Shown here one piece after another: positions 42,616 to 51,595 of a stretch of 64,000 nt of DNA. Below the pieces are notes generated by a model. It ran no database searches and was not told where the DNA came from. It was given only the letters and a program-made list of their open reading frames with translations. Source of the stretch: Gemmatimonadales bacterium (GTDB lineage: Bacteria > Gemmatimonadota > Gemmatimonadetes > Gemmatimonadales > GWC2-71-9). Both the position numbers and the translations under genes were made by a program. How positions within the stretch are numbered: the stretch's first letter is position 1; each line of letters begins with the position of its first letter. Where the stretch lies: the NCBI GenBank assembly GCA_035711365.1, contig DASTCF010000106.1:23011-87010 (forward strand), in the 5' to 3' direction.

Positions 42616-45600
42616 TCATCCGAAGGTGATCCGCACCAGGGCGCCGTGCCCCTCCTCGCTCTCGATCTTTATCGTGGCCCCCCAACCCTCGACCAGTCGC
42701 TTGACGATCGGCAGCCCGAGCCCGGAGCCACTCGATGTCGTCGAGAATTTCGGTTCGAAGAGCCCGGGAATCTGCTCCGGCGGGATGCCGTGCCCATCGT
42801 CCTGGACCTCGAGCCGGCCGTCGCCGACCCGCACCACGATCTCCCGGGCGCCGGCGTTCCTCGCGTTCTCGAGCAGATTCACCAGGACCTCCTTCACTTC
42901 CGCAGCTCGGGCCTTGCCCCGGCCTTCGGGCCCGACCGCGAGGCGGACGACCGCCCCTTCCCCTGCCAGGCCGTAAAGCTGCACGACCTCCCTGGCTGCC
43001 GCACCGAGGTCGATCACCTCTGGAGCGGGCGCCTCCGTGACTGGCAAGCCAAACCGGCTGAAGGCACGTGCGATGGTGTCCAGCCGTGCGATTTCCCCGA
43101 GGATCCGCTCGGAAGTCGCCTCGAGGGCTGCCGGGAAGCTGCCCGGCCGCTCCCGATGAACGCGGAGGAGGTGCTGGATCCCCAATCGGATCGGCGTGAG
43201 CGGATTCTTGATCTCGTGCGCCACCTGTCGCGCCATCTCGCCCCATGCGAGCACGCGCTCCGCACGGGCCACATCCGTGATGTCGTTCAGCGCGAGCACG
43301 ACGCCCCCGAACTCCGGCCCTAGCGGCGCAAGTTGGACGCTGAGGCGGCGTGCGCCTCCATCGAGTTCACGAACCGCCGGCGCATGGTCCGGCGCGCGAA
43401 GGAAGTCGCGCGCCGCCTCGGCAAGCGCAGGCCAGGCGCCCGCCAGGGAGGCATCGAATCGCGCACCATCGGGCAGCGGGTGCTCGAGCAGCTCGACGGC
43501 GCGCGGGTTGGCGATGAGCACGCGCCCCTCGGGGTCCAGCGCCACCACCCCGGTGGCGACGGTGGCGAGCACCGTGGCCGTGCGGCGTCGGGCCTCTTCC
43601 AGCGCCGCCTGACTCCGGCGCACGTCCGCCGCCATCCGCTCGAAGGCCCCCACAACCGGTTCGAATTCCGTCGGGGGCGGTCCCGATCGCGGCGGGGCCG
43701 GGGCGCCTTGTCCGAGGGCCAGGGCCGCACGGCGGAGATCGGCCACCGGCCGGGCGAGGGCCCTCGCGGCACGGCCCGCCGCAAGAAAGGCCGCCGTCAG
43801 CCCGACCAGCGCGGCAAGGAGCAGGAGATACCCGAGGTCATCCTGCCGCGCCGACGTGCCGGCCGCCTGAAGGCGGAGCGGCGCGGCCAGGACGAGCAAC
43901 TCGCCCGGGGCACCGGCACTCGCCAGCCGGAAGCCGATCCGGCCTCCGACGCCCGGGAGCGGGGCGGCATGTGTCGCTTCCGGCTCACCGCCGAACGCGA
44001 TGGCCCGGAAGGTTTCCGCTTCCTGCAGCGGTTCCAGCAGCCCGAGCGCCGCGAGCAGCGTGTCGCTCGTGGCGACGCGCTTCCCGCCGCGGTAGACAGC
44101 CAGCTCGGTGCCGAACCGCGCGGCCAGGCGGTCCAGGAGGCCGGACGAGTCGCCCGGAATCGCTGCGAGGCCTTCCCCCGCGACCGTGATGGCATCCCGA
44201 AGCGTCTGCGTGACGGACGAATCGCGCTGGCGTCGAGCTTCCTCGCCCACGCGCGCGGCTCCCCAGATGGCGAAACCCACCGCCGGTACGAGGAAGAACG
44301 CCGCCAACGCCAGGCCGAGCCGAGTTCGGAAGGACCGCCGGAAGCGGCTGAGCCGCGGAATCCGAACCTCGGCCCCTCCCGTAAGCCCCTCCGCCAGGAG
44401 CCAGACCAGCGCCAGCAGGGCAATGTCCAGGACCACGATCAGCGCGCCGCGCACCAGCACCGGCACCGGCCCCCGGAGATCCACCTCAGCGTGGGTTTCC
44501 CGCACGCCGTCGGGCATGGCCACCGGCCGCCAGCCGTGCACCATCCACCCTTCACGGCGCCACCGAAGCCTTCGTTCATCCGTGGACAATCCGGGTTGCG
44601 GTGGCGTCAGGGTCAGCCGATAAAGGGGCTCCTCCGGAGTCGCCGGTTCGAGAAGCGTGCCGTGGCGGTCTCTGGGCAGCAGGCGGGTACGCGGACCGAT
44701 GCCGACCGTGAGGATGCTCCCGTTAGCAAGCCGTGCGACCAGGAGGTGATGGACGCCGGGTATGCGCAGCCGGGACGAGATGCGCCATGGGAGACTCTCC
44801 GGCAGCGCCACAGCGGCGGCCGCGACGAGCGAATCGGGCAGATCCAGGGAATCGAGCGCCAGGACGGCGCGCGATTCCCCGTCGCGACTCCAGAGCGCGA
44901 GCCGGGCTGGGTAGCCTTCCAGGCCACGCCGCGCGCCCTGCCACCGGATGTAGAGACTGGCCACACCATCCGGCGCGGGCCCATCGAGAAGGCGGACGGC
45001 AGCCCGTTCGAGCAACGGCTCGACGAGCGGATCGGGATGCAGGCCGAGGCGGATGGCGTCCCGCTGCGCGACCTCGAGGCGCCCTTCCGTGACCGCACCC
45101 CAGGTCAGAAGCGCCGCCGCGCTGCCGGCGACCGCGGCGATGCCCGCGATCGTGGCGCCGCGGGTCGAGGGCCGTGTGACCAGAATCAAAGCGGGCAGCC
45201 ACAGGAAGGTGTACCACGGCGCCCAGCCCAGCCCGGGTCGCCAGACGAAAACGCCCACCGTCGCCGCCAGAAGCGCCAGGACGATGCCGGCGAACGCGGG
45301 TCCCCGGGCTCCAGTGACTTCCGCCCCCCCGCGGAGCAAGCCGGCAGCCAATACGACCGGAACGGCGCACGCCAGCGCAATCGTCAGCTGCCATCCAAGC
45401 CAGAGCCCCGCCGGGACGCCGCTGGTCGGGGGAGTGATGCCGCGCGCCAGCTCACGGAGCAGCGGCGGCGACAACACAAGCAGGCCCATGGCGGCCAGAG
45501 CGGCCAGCGGCGTCCGTCGAACCGGCCGGCGCCAGAGCGCTACGGCCAGCACCGTGGCGACGAGGGCGAAGGCGGTGAGTACGCCGGCGGAACTGCTCGC

Positions 45601-46605
45601 GATTCCAAGCAGCGGCCGAAAATAGGTGGCCGGGGAGAACAGATGCTCCGGACCGAGGAGCGGCCCGATCGGGGTCCGGACGAGCAGCATGAGCGCCAGG
45701 AGCATCACCCCGAGGCGCACAGCGAAGGATTCCGCGAGGACCAGTGAGAGGACGAGCGCGAGCACGACGAGCCAGCCCAGGAACCGGGCGCTGGCCTGGA
45801 GGACCGACGCGGTCACCGTCGAGATTTCCGGCGGCACCGGTCCCACGCTGAACAGCAGGCGCGGTCCTTCGGTCGTGGGCTCGGTGTAGTCGAAGAGATC
45901 GGCGCCCTCCGGGGCGGCCCCCGGCGCGTACACCTTGAGACCCACGCCACTTCGCGCGCGAAAGTCCTCCGTCACCGATCGCGCGCGATCGGGCACGATC
46001 GAGTCGGCCCACACCAGCACCGTGCCGACGGCACGCCGGCCCATCCCCGCCTCGCGTGAGACCTCGAGTGCCAGGTAAAACGGGTTCTGGACCGTCGCCA
46101 CGGGGTGGCCGAGGCCGGTCGGTGCCAGTCGATGCCGGCCAGCCCACGCCCAGGGATTTCCCGCCGAATCCAGGATGGCGAGCCCGGACTCGAGTCCGCC
46201 TGCGGGAACCGCGCGCGCCAGGACGGCGAACGCATCTTCCTGGCTCCCCGAGGCGCCGAGCGCTGCGGCATCGGCCAGCCGCCGCGCGAGTTCGTATGCC
46301 GTGTGCAGATCGCCCTCGAGACGCAGGCGTGCCCGCTCGACCTGCGCCTCCCGCACGGCATCCCAGTGCTGCTCGAGCGCGGCCAGCCTGCGGTCGGCCA
46401 GGATCGGGACGAGGCTCGCGGCCACCAGCGCGAGGGCCGGCAGGACCCGGCGCCAGCCCGGCTGCCGCCACAGGCCCGCCATGGCGGCAATCGCACCCGC
46501 CGCAAGTCCGACGGTCCAGATCGGGTCCGGTCGGCGCAGCCACTCGCCGGCCGCCAGGACGGCCAGCGCGGTCCCGCCGATCCACCAGCGCGAGGAGGGG
46601 GTCAC
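42616..46605 (-). CDS. Very large sensor histidine kinase, NtrY-like core (HAMP-PAS-HisKA-HATPase) behind an N-terminal region of about 900 aa with many TM segments and extracytoplasmic parts
   Basis: 1329 aa, GTG start.
- Many hydrophobic segments in the first 900 or so residues.
- HAMP-like LARPVADLRRAALALGQG.
- PAS VATGVVALDPEGRVLIANPRAVELL.
- H-box ARQVAHEIKNPLTPIRLGIQHL.
- ATPase N and G boxes LVNLLENARNAG...DDGHGIP...GSGLGLPIVKRLVE. Confidence 0.88.
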   Translation of the reverse strand: MTPSSRWWIGGTALAVLAAGEWLRRPDPIWTVGLAAGAIAAMAGLWRQPGWRRVLPALALVAASLVPILADRRLAALEQHWDAVREAQVERARLRLEGDLHTAYELARRLADAAALGASGSQEDAFAVLARAVPAGGLESGLAILDSAGNPWAWAGRHRLAPTGLGHPVATVQNPFYLALEVSREAGMGRRAVGTVLVWADSIVPDRARSVTEDFRARSGVGLKVYAPGAAPEGADLFDYTEPTTEGPRLLFSVGPVPPEISTVTASVLQASARFLGWLVVLALVLSLVLAESFAVRLGVMLLALMLLVRTPIGPLLGPEHLFSPATYFRPLLGIASSSAGVLTAFALVATVLAVALWRRPVRRTPLAALAAMGLLVLSPPLLRELARGITPPTSGVPAGLWLGWQLTIALACAVPVVLAAGLLRGGAEVTGARGPAFAGIVLALLAATVGVFVWRPGLGWAPWYTFLWLPALILVTRPSTRGATIAGIAAVAGSAAALLTWGAVTEGRLEVAQRDAIRLGLHPDPLVEPLLERAAVRLLDGPAPDGVASLYIRWQGARRGLEGYPARLALWSRDGESRAVLALDSLDLPDSLVAAAAVALPESLPWRISSRLRIPGVHHLLVARLANGSILTVGIGPRTRLLPRDRHGTLLEPATPEEPLYRLTLTPPQPGLSTDERRLRWRREGWMVHGWRPVAMPDGVRETHAEVDLRGPVPVLVRGALIVVLDIALLALVWLLAEGLTGGAEVRIPRLSRFRRSFRTRLGLALAAFFLVPAVGFAIWGAARVGEEARRQRDSSVTQTLRDAITVAGEGLAAIPGDSSGLLDRLAARFGTELAVYRGGKRVATSDTLLAALGLLEPLQEAETFRAIAFGGEPEATHAAPLPGVGGRIGFRLASAGAPGELLVLAAPLRLQAAGTSARQDDLGYLLLLAALVGLTAAFLAAGRAARALARPVADLRRAALALGQGAPAPPRSGPPPTEFEPVVGAFERMAADVRRSQAALEEARRRTATVLATVATGVVALDPEGRVLIANPRAVELLEHPLPDGARFDASLAGAWPALAEAARDFLRAPDHAPAVRELDGGARRLSVQLAPLGPEFGGVVLALNDITDVARAERVLAWGEMARQVAHEIKNPLTPIRLGIQHLLRVHRERPGSFPAALEATSERILGEIARLDTIARAFSRFGLPVTEAPAPEVIDLGAAAREVVQLYGLAGEGAVVRLAVGPEGRGKARAAEVKEVLVNLLENARNAGAREIVVRVGDGRLEVQDDGHGIPPEQIPGLFEPKFSTTSSGSGLGLPIVKRLVEGWGATIKIESEEGHGALVRITFG

Positions 46606-46610
46606 CCGGG

Positions 46611-46618
46611 TATTATAT
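46611..46618. promoter_or_regulatory. Shared AT-rich core (TATTATAT) in a 19-bp divergent intergenic gap; candidate overlapping -10 boxes for both flanking genes
   Basis: The minus strand reads a perfect TATAAT (46617-46612), ending 6 nt before the kinase GTG (46605). The plus strand reads TATTAT/TATATC 5-8 nt before ATG 46625. Flanked by a TCACCCG direct repeat (46602-46608 and 46618-46624). Confidence 0.4.
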
Positions 46619-46624
46619 CACCCG

Positions 46625-47278
46625 ATGCCCGATACCCATCCCTGGCGCCTGAAGGAGCTGACGCCTGCGGCGATCCAAGATCGGCTCGCCCACAGCCCGT
46701 CGCTGATTGTGCCCGTGGGTACCACGGAACAGCACGGCGCCCACCTTCCACTCGGGGTGGACACGCTGATCGTCGAGCGGCTTGCCGATGACCTCTCGGC
46801 CCGCTTCGGGGTCTTGCGGGCGCCGGCGATCGAGTACGGCGTGAATGCAAGCCCGCGACGCCCCCGGGCGGGTGGGGCCCCGCTGCAGCGCAAGACGCTC
46901 CATCGGGTGATGAACGAGCTGATCGAGGCCTGGGAGATGGGCGCCGGCGTCCGGGAATTCATCGTGCTCACGGCAGAGGGCCACGAGCCCCATCAGGAGG
47001 CCTTAAGCACGATCCTCGTCCAGGAGGCCACGGTGCAGGTCGTGGACGTCTTCGCCCTCGATTTCGGCGGCCTGCTGGAGCAGCCGGGCGTGCCGGTTCA
47101 CGGCGGCGAGCTCGACACCTCGCTCCTGTTGCACCTCGCCCCGGAGCTTGTCCGGATGGCCGACGCACGCGACTCGGCGAAGGCCCACCCGAGCCTCGCC
47201 TCCGCCGAAAAGGGGGCGCGGCTCTACACCTTTATCCGCGACAAGATCGCGGATAGCTGCTTCGTCCCGGAGGGCTGA
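46625..47278 (+). CDS. Creatininase (creatinine amidohydrolase) family protein
   Basis: Start moved to ATG 46625 (MPDTHPWRLKELTPAAIQDRL...). LIVPVGTTEQHGAHLPLGVD and ...HGGELDTS motifs. Confidence 0.82.
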   Translation: MPDTHPWRLKELTPAAIQDRLAHSPSLIVPVGTTEQHGAHLPLGVDTLIVERLADDLSARFGVLRAPAIEYGVNASPRRPRAGGAPLQRKTLHRVMNELIEAWEMGAGVREFIVLTAEGHEPHQEALSTILVQEATVQVVDVFALDFGGLLEQPGVPVHGGELDTSLLLHLAPELVRMADARDSAKAHPSLASAEKGARLYTFIRDKIADSCFVPEG

Positions 47279-47922
47279 TGCGCCTCACCCTGATGTCGAC
47301 GCTCGCCCTTGCCGGCATTCTCGCGCCGGCGAGCGCCCAGATCCTCGATGAGGGCAGTTTCGAGATCCGTAAGGCGGGACTGGTCGTGGGGCGCGAGGAA
47401 TTCACGGTGAGCCGGGACGCCGGCGGCGGACGATCCCTCGCGACCATGGCGAGGTTTCCCGCATCTCGCCCCCAGATCCATGTGCAGGCCCTGCTGGAGC
47501 TGACACAGGAAGGAACGGTGGCGGCGCTCCAGATCGATTCCCGCAGGTCCGAAGGGTTGAGCCGGATCATCGCGGCGCCGATGCATGACCACCTGACCGT
47601 ACGCCAGACAAGCCGGGACGCCGAGTCATCTCGCGAATACCCGCGAGCCGCGGCGGCGGTGATTCTCGATGACGAGCTGGCCGCGTTCTACCGCATCCTC
47701 GCGGACCGGGCGTCCGGGCCCGAGTCGCGCATGGAGGTCTTCTTCCCCCGCAGTGGCAAGCGTGGCACGGTGACGGTCACGCGGCAACCGGCGGACTCGG
47801 CCGGGGTGACACGCCTCATTCTGACTGGTGCTGTCACCGGAACGCTCAGGACCGACCGGACCGGCCGGCTGTTACGCGTGGAGCTCGGCGACGGAATGGT
47901 GGCCCAGCGCCCAGAGCCGTGA
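47278..47922 (+). CDS. Secreted hypothetical protein
   Basis: 214 aa. Signal peptide MRLTLMSTLALAGILAPASAQ. TGATG overlap with the creatininase stop. No family recognised. Confidence 0.6.
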   Translation: MRLTLMSTLALAGILAPASAQILDEGSFEIRKAGLVVGREEFTVSRDAGGGRSLATMARFPASRPQIHVQALLELTQEGTVAALQIDSRRSEGLSRIIAAPMHDHLTVRQTSRDAESSREYPRAAAAVILDDELAAFYRILADRASGPESRMEVFFPRSGKRGTVTVTRQPADSAGVTRLILTGAVTGTLRTDRTGRLLRVELGDGMVAQRPEP

Positions 47923-47939
47923 ACCCGAATTAGCCGCAG

Positions 47940-47970
47940 AGTGAAGTCGTTGTGTCACAGTCGCTTCACT
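47940..47970. promoter_or_regulatory. 31-bp concentric dyad (AGTGAAG-tcgt-TGTGTCACA-gtcg-CTTCACT); candidate operator upstream of the efflux operon
   Basis: Outer 7-bp arms at 47940-47946 and 47964-47970, and an inner 9-bp palindrome at 47951-47959, share the same centre (47955). Lies in the lower-GC 139-bp gap before tolC. Confidence 0.4.
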
Positions 47971-48061
47971 ACGCGGTGTAGCAAGCTGAAACTTCCCAAA
48001 ACCACCCCCCGTATGGGGGTCGGCCTCAACGTCTCTATCATACGCGCACGAGGAATGGTCC

Positions 48062-49600
48062 ATGTCCCGATGGCAGCCCCTGCTTGCCCTGAGCCTGTGT
48101 GCATCCGTCACGGCCTTTGCGCAGGAGCCTGCGCCCACCGCTCCCCCCGCCGTAAGTCTCACGCTCCAGGAGGCGCTTCAGCAGGGTCGCGCGCACAATC
48201 CGACGTATCGCCAGAGCCTCAATAACGAGGGGCCGGCGGGCTGGGCGGTCAAGAACGCCTACGGAGCCTTTGTCCCCTCGGCGACGGTCTCCGGTGGATT
48301 CAATTACACCGGGTCGGGATCCTCGAACTTCGGCGGGACCAACGTCGTGAAGACGTCGGCGTCCGTGGGTTCGAGCTACTCGATCGGACTCGACTGGGCG
48401 CTGGACACACGCATCCTATCGGCCCCGGGCGAGGCCAAGGCGAATCAGCGCGCAACCCAGGAAGAAATGAACGCGGCGAATGTCCAGCTCCAGTATGACA
48501 TCACCACCCAATACCTGACCGCGCTGCAGGCAACGGCACAGGTGGGAGTTGTCCGGCGGCAGGTTCAACGCAACCAGACCTTCCTGGATCTCGCGAAGGC
48601 TCGCTATGAGGTCGGACAGACCACGCTCCTGGATGTGCGCCAGGCCGAGGTGACGAAGGGGCAGTCCGACGTCGATCTCCTGCGCGCCGTCCAAGCGGAG
48701 AATGACGGCAAGCTGGAGCTGTTCCGCCAGATGGGCATCATCCCCACGGCGCCGATCGATCAGATCGCGTTGACCGACACATTCCCCGTGACGCAGCCGG
48801 CGTTCCACCTCGACAGCCTGCTCGCCCTGGCGGAAGACGCCAATCCGTCGCTCAAGGCCCTGCGCGAGCGGGAATCCGCGTCAGGATATGCAGTGACGGC
48901 GGCTAAGGGGGATTTCCTTCCGAGCCTCAGGGCGCAGGCTATCTGGGGCGGCTACACCCAGGAGTACACGGACCCGGATCTCCTGGTGAGCTCGGCGTAT
49001 TCGGGCGCGCAGGGGACGGCGGCGAACTGCCAATTTCAGAATGACATCATCACCCGGCTGACGTCGCCCATGCCGTATCCAAACGGAGGCGTGATCCCGG
49101 ATTGCAACGCGTTCGCCGGGTTGAACGGCACGGGGTCGGCACTCGATCCGGCAGTGGAAGACGGGATTCGGACCAGCAACGATGTCTTCCCGTGGGACTT
49201 CACGAGCAACCCTTTCCAGGTGTTCGTGGGCATCTCGTGGCCCATCGTGAACGGGTTCACCAAGGAGCGCAGGCTCTCCGAGGCCAAGGCCGCGCAGGAT
49301 GACGCCGAGGAGCAGGTCCGCTTCACGGCACTCCAGGTACGGACACTGGTGCACAGCCGGTTCCTGGGGCTCGACGCCGCGTATCGCGGGATCGAAGTCG
49401 CCTCGGCCAATCGCGAGGCCGCCGGCGACCAGCTCCGGCTGGCGCAGGACCGGTACCGTCTCGGCAGCGGGACCGCCCTCGAGCTGTCCGACGCTGAGAA
49501 CAACGTCCAGCGCGCCGAGGGTGATTATGTGAACGCCGTCTACGCATACCACAAGGCCGTAGCCGCCCTCGAAGCGGCGGTCGGCCGTCCCCTTCGTTAA
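48062..49600 (+). CDS. TolC family outer-membrane efflux protein
   Basis: 512 aa. Signal peptide ending AFAQE. LTLQEALQQGRAHNPTYRQ start and two repeated coiled/barrel halves typical of TolC/OEP. GAGGA Shine-Dalgarno. Confidence 0.88.
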   Translation: MSRWQPLLALSLCASVTAFAQEPAPTAPPAVSLTLQEALQQGRAHNPTYRQSLNNEGPAGWAVKNAYGAFVPSATVSGGFNYTGSGSSNFGGTNVVKTSASVGSSYSIGLDWALDTRILSAPGEAKANQRATQEEMNAANVQLQYDITTQYLTALQATAQVGVVRRQVQRNQTFLDLAKARYEVGQTTLLDVRQAEVTKGQSDVDLLRAVQAENDGKLELFRQMGIIPTAPIDQIALTDTFPVTQPAFHLDSLLALAEDANPSLKALRERESASGYAVTAAKGDFLPSLRAQAIWGGYTQEYTDPDLLVSSAYSGAQGTAANCQFQNDIITRLTSPMPYPNGGVIPDCNAFAGLNGTGSALDPAVEDGIRTSNDVFPWDFTSNPFQVFVGISWPIVNGFTKERRLSEAKAAQDDAEEQVRFTALQVRTLVHSRFLGLDAAYRGIEVASANREAAGDQLRLAQDRYRLGSGTALELSDAENNVQRAEGDYVNAVYAYHKAVAALEAAVGRPLR

Positions 49601-49615
49601 CTGCTGAGGAGCGTC

Positions 49616-50890
49616 ATGTCACGTCGCACGAAGTTCGGACTCGCCGCCGTCGTCCTGGCCGTCGTGGCCGGCGGGCTCTTCTTCCTCACCGGGGCGAAGC
49701 GCAACAAGCGTGCGGTCGAGGTGCGGCTCGAGGCCGTGCAGCCGCGCGACCTGGTCGCATCGGTGACGGCGAGCGGCAAGATCGAGCCCCAGACCTCGGT
49801 GGACATCAGCGCCGACATCACCGGCCGGATCACCCGCATCGCGGTGAAGGAAGGGGACCTGGTCCAGAAGGGGCAGTTCCTGATTCAGATCGACCCGACG
49901 CAGTACGAGGCGGCCGTGGCCCGGGCGGAGGCGCTGCTTTCCTCATCGGCCGCGTCGCAGGTCCAGGCGCGGGCCAATCTCGACCAGTCGGAGCGGCAAC
50001 TGCGGCGGTCGCGCGAGATCCGGGTGAGCAATCCGACGCTGATTTCCGACGAGGCCCTGGAGCAGGCGCAGACGGCGTATGACGTGGCGCGGGCAAACTA
50101 CAACTCCGCCACTGCCCAGGTGGGACAGAACCGCGCAACGCTGGAAGAGGCGAAGGATCAGCTTTCGAAGACCCGGCTGGTCTCTCCGATCACGGGCCGC
50201 GTCACCCGCCTCGAGGTCGAAGAGGGCGAAGTCGCGGTGCCGGGCACCTTCTCTCGCGAAACGGCGCTGCTCATGACGGTGTCCGACCTGTCGGTCATCC
50301 TGGCCAAGGTCCAGGTGGACGAAACCGACGTCGTGCGACTGTCCATGGGTGACTCGGTACAGGTGACGATCGACGCCTTCCCGGACACTTCCTTCATGGG
50401 CCGGGTGACCAAGATCAGCAACAGCGCGCAGCTCACGGCGACCGCCACGTCCTCGGGTTCGACCGACCGCGCCGTGGACTTCGACGTGGAGATCACACTC
50501 GCGAATCCGCCGAAGGAGATCCGGCCGGACCTGAGCTGCACCGCGAAGATCGTGACGGAAACACGGGCCAAGGTGCTGAGCGTGCCGATCATCGCCCTGA
50601 CCGTGCGGCAGCATGAGAAGGTCGTGAACGAATCCGTGAAACGGGACACCGCGGGCGCCGGCAAGGCAAAGGAGACCGAGGGAGTATTCCTGGTCCGTGG
50701 CGGGGTCGCGACCTTCACACCGGTCAAGGTGGGCATCGCGGGGGAGGAATACTTTGAGGTGATGTCCGGCGTGAAGCAGGGCGACACCATCGTGGCGGGC
50801 ACCTATCAGGCGATCCGGGACCTGAAGGACAGCGCGCGCGTGCGGGCCAGCCAGGCGGGGCCCGCCGGCCCGACGCCGGAGAAGAAATGA
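49616..50890 (+). CDS. Efflux periplasmic adaptor (membrane fusion protein, MacA/HlyD family)
   Basis: 424 aa. N-terminal anchor, lipoyl-like motifs ([26 protein letters not shown]; [19 protein letters not shown]) and a long alpha-hairpin. Confidence 0.88.
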   Translation: MSRRTKFGLAAVVLAVVAGGLFFLTGAKRNKRAVEVRLEAVQPRDLVASVTASGKIEPQTSVDISADITGRITRIAVKEGDLVQKGQFLIQIDPTQYEAAVARAEALLSSSAASQVQARANLDQSERQLRRSREIRVSNPTLISDEALEQAQTAYDVARANYNSATAQVGQNRATLEEAKDQLSKTRLVSPITGRVTRLEVEEGEVAVPGTFSRETALLMTVSDLSVILAKVQVDETDVVRLSMGDSVQVTIDAFPDTSFMGRVTKISNSAQLTATATSSGSTDRAVDFDVEITLANPPKEIRPDLSCTAKIVTETRAKVLSVPIIALTVRQHEKVVNESVKRDTAGAGKAKETEGVFLVRGGVATFTPVKVGIAGEEYFEVMSGVKQGDTIVAGTYQAIRDLKDSARVRASQAGPAGPTPEKK

Positions 50891-51591
50891 TGAGCGACCT
50901 CGTCATCGCTGTGCGCGCGCTGACGCGCGAGTACGTCCTCGAGGGAGAGCGGGTCCTGGCCCTGCGCGGCGTGGATCTCGAGATCCGCCGCAACGAATAC
51001 GTGGCCATCATGGGGCCGTCGGGCTCGGGCAAGTCCACCCTGATGAACCTGATCGGGTGCCTCGACACGCCGACGGCAGGCGAGTACTGGCTGAGCGGGC
51101 AGGAAGTGTCCCGCATGGCCGACGATGCGTTGGCGCGGGTTCGCAACAAGGAGATCGGCTTCGTCTTTCAGACCTTCAACCTGCTGCCCCGGGCCACGGC
51201 GCTGCATAACGTGGAGCTGCCCCTGGTCTATGCCGGGCTGCCGTCCCGGGAGCGGCGCATGCGGGCGGAGGAGGCGTTGGTGCGAGTCGGCCTCGGGGAC
51301 CGGATGCTGCACCGTCCCAACGAGCTGTCGGGAGGCCAGCGGCAGCGGGTGGCCATCGCGCGGGCGCTGGTGAACCGGCCCGCACTGCTTCTCGCCGACG
51401 AGCCGACAGGTAACCTGGACAGCGCGACGAGCGAGGAGATCATGCGGGTCTTCGGGGATCTGCACGCGCAGGGCCAGACCGTCATCATGGTGACGCACGA
51501 AGCCGACATCGCGGCCCATGCGGCTCGTGTGGTGGTGCTGCGCGACGGCCGCGTGGCGAGCGACCGCCTCAACCAGCCGGCGGCGGCCTAG
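50887..51591 (+). CDS. ABC transporter ATP-binding protein, MacB/LolD-type
   Basis: Walker [11 protein letters not shown]-loop FVFQTFNLL, signature [15 protein letters not shown], Walker [17 protein letters not shown] overlap with the adaptor gene. Confidence 0.92.
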   Translation: MMSDLVIAVRALTREYVLEGERVLALRGVDLEIRRNEYVAIMGPSGSGKSTLMNLIGCLDTPTAGEYWLSGQEVSRMADDALARVRNKEIGFVFQTFNLLPRATALHNVELPLVYAGLPSRERRMRAEEALVRVGLGDRMLHRPNELSGGQRQRVAIARALVNRPALLLADEPTGNLDSATSEEIMRVFGDLHAQGQTVIMVTHEADIAAHAARVVVLRDGRVASDRLNQPAAA

Positions 51592-51595
51592 GCTA

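Noticed and set aside
43333-45747. 804-aa plus-strand ORF, and many 80-380 aa ORFs, inside the histidine kinase locus.
   Set aside because: They are antisense or out of frame relative to the kinase gene, whose C-terminal HisKA/HATPase motifs fix the real frame. The translations are Arg/Gly/Pro-rich with no motifs.
47941-48225. 94-aa ORF starting in the tolC upstream region (MKSLCHSRFTTRCSKLKL...).
   Set aside because: It overlaps the tolC coding region out of frame and has no Shine-Dalgarno and no recognisable features. The region is better explained as the operator and leader of the efflux operon.
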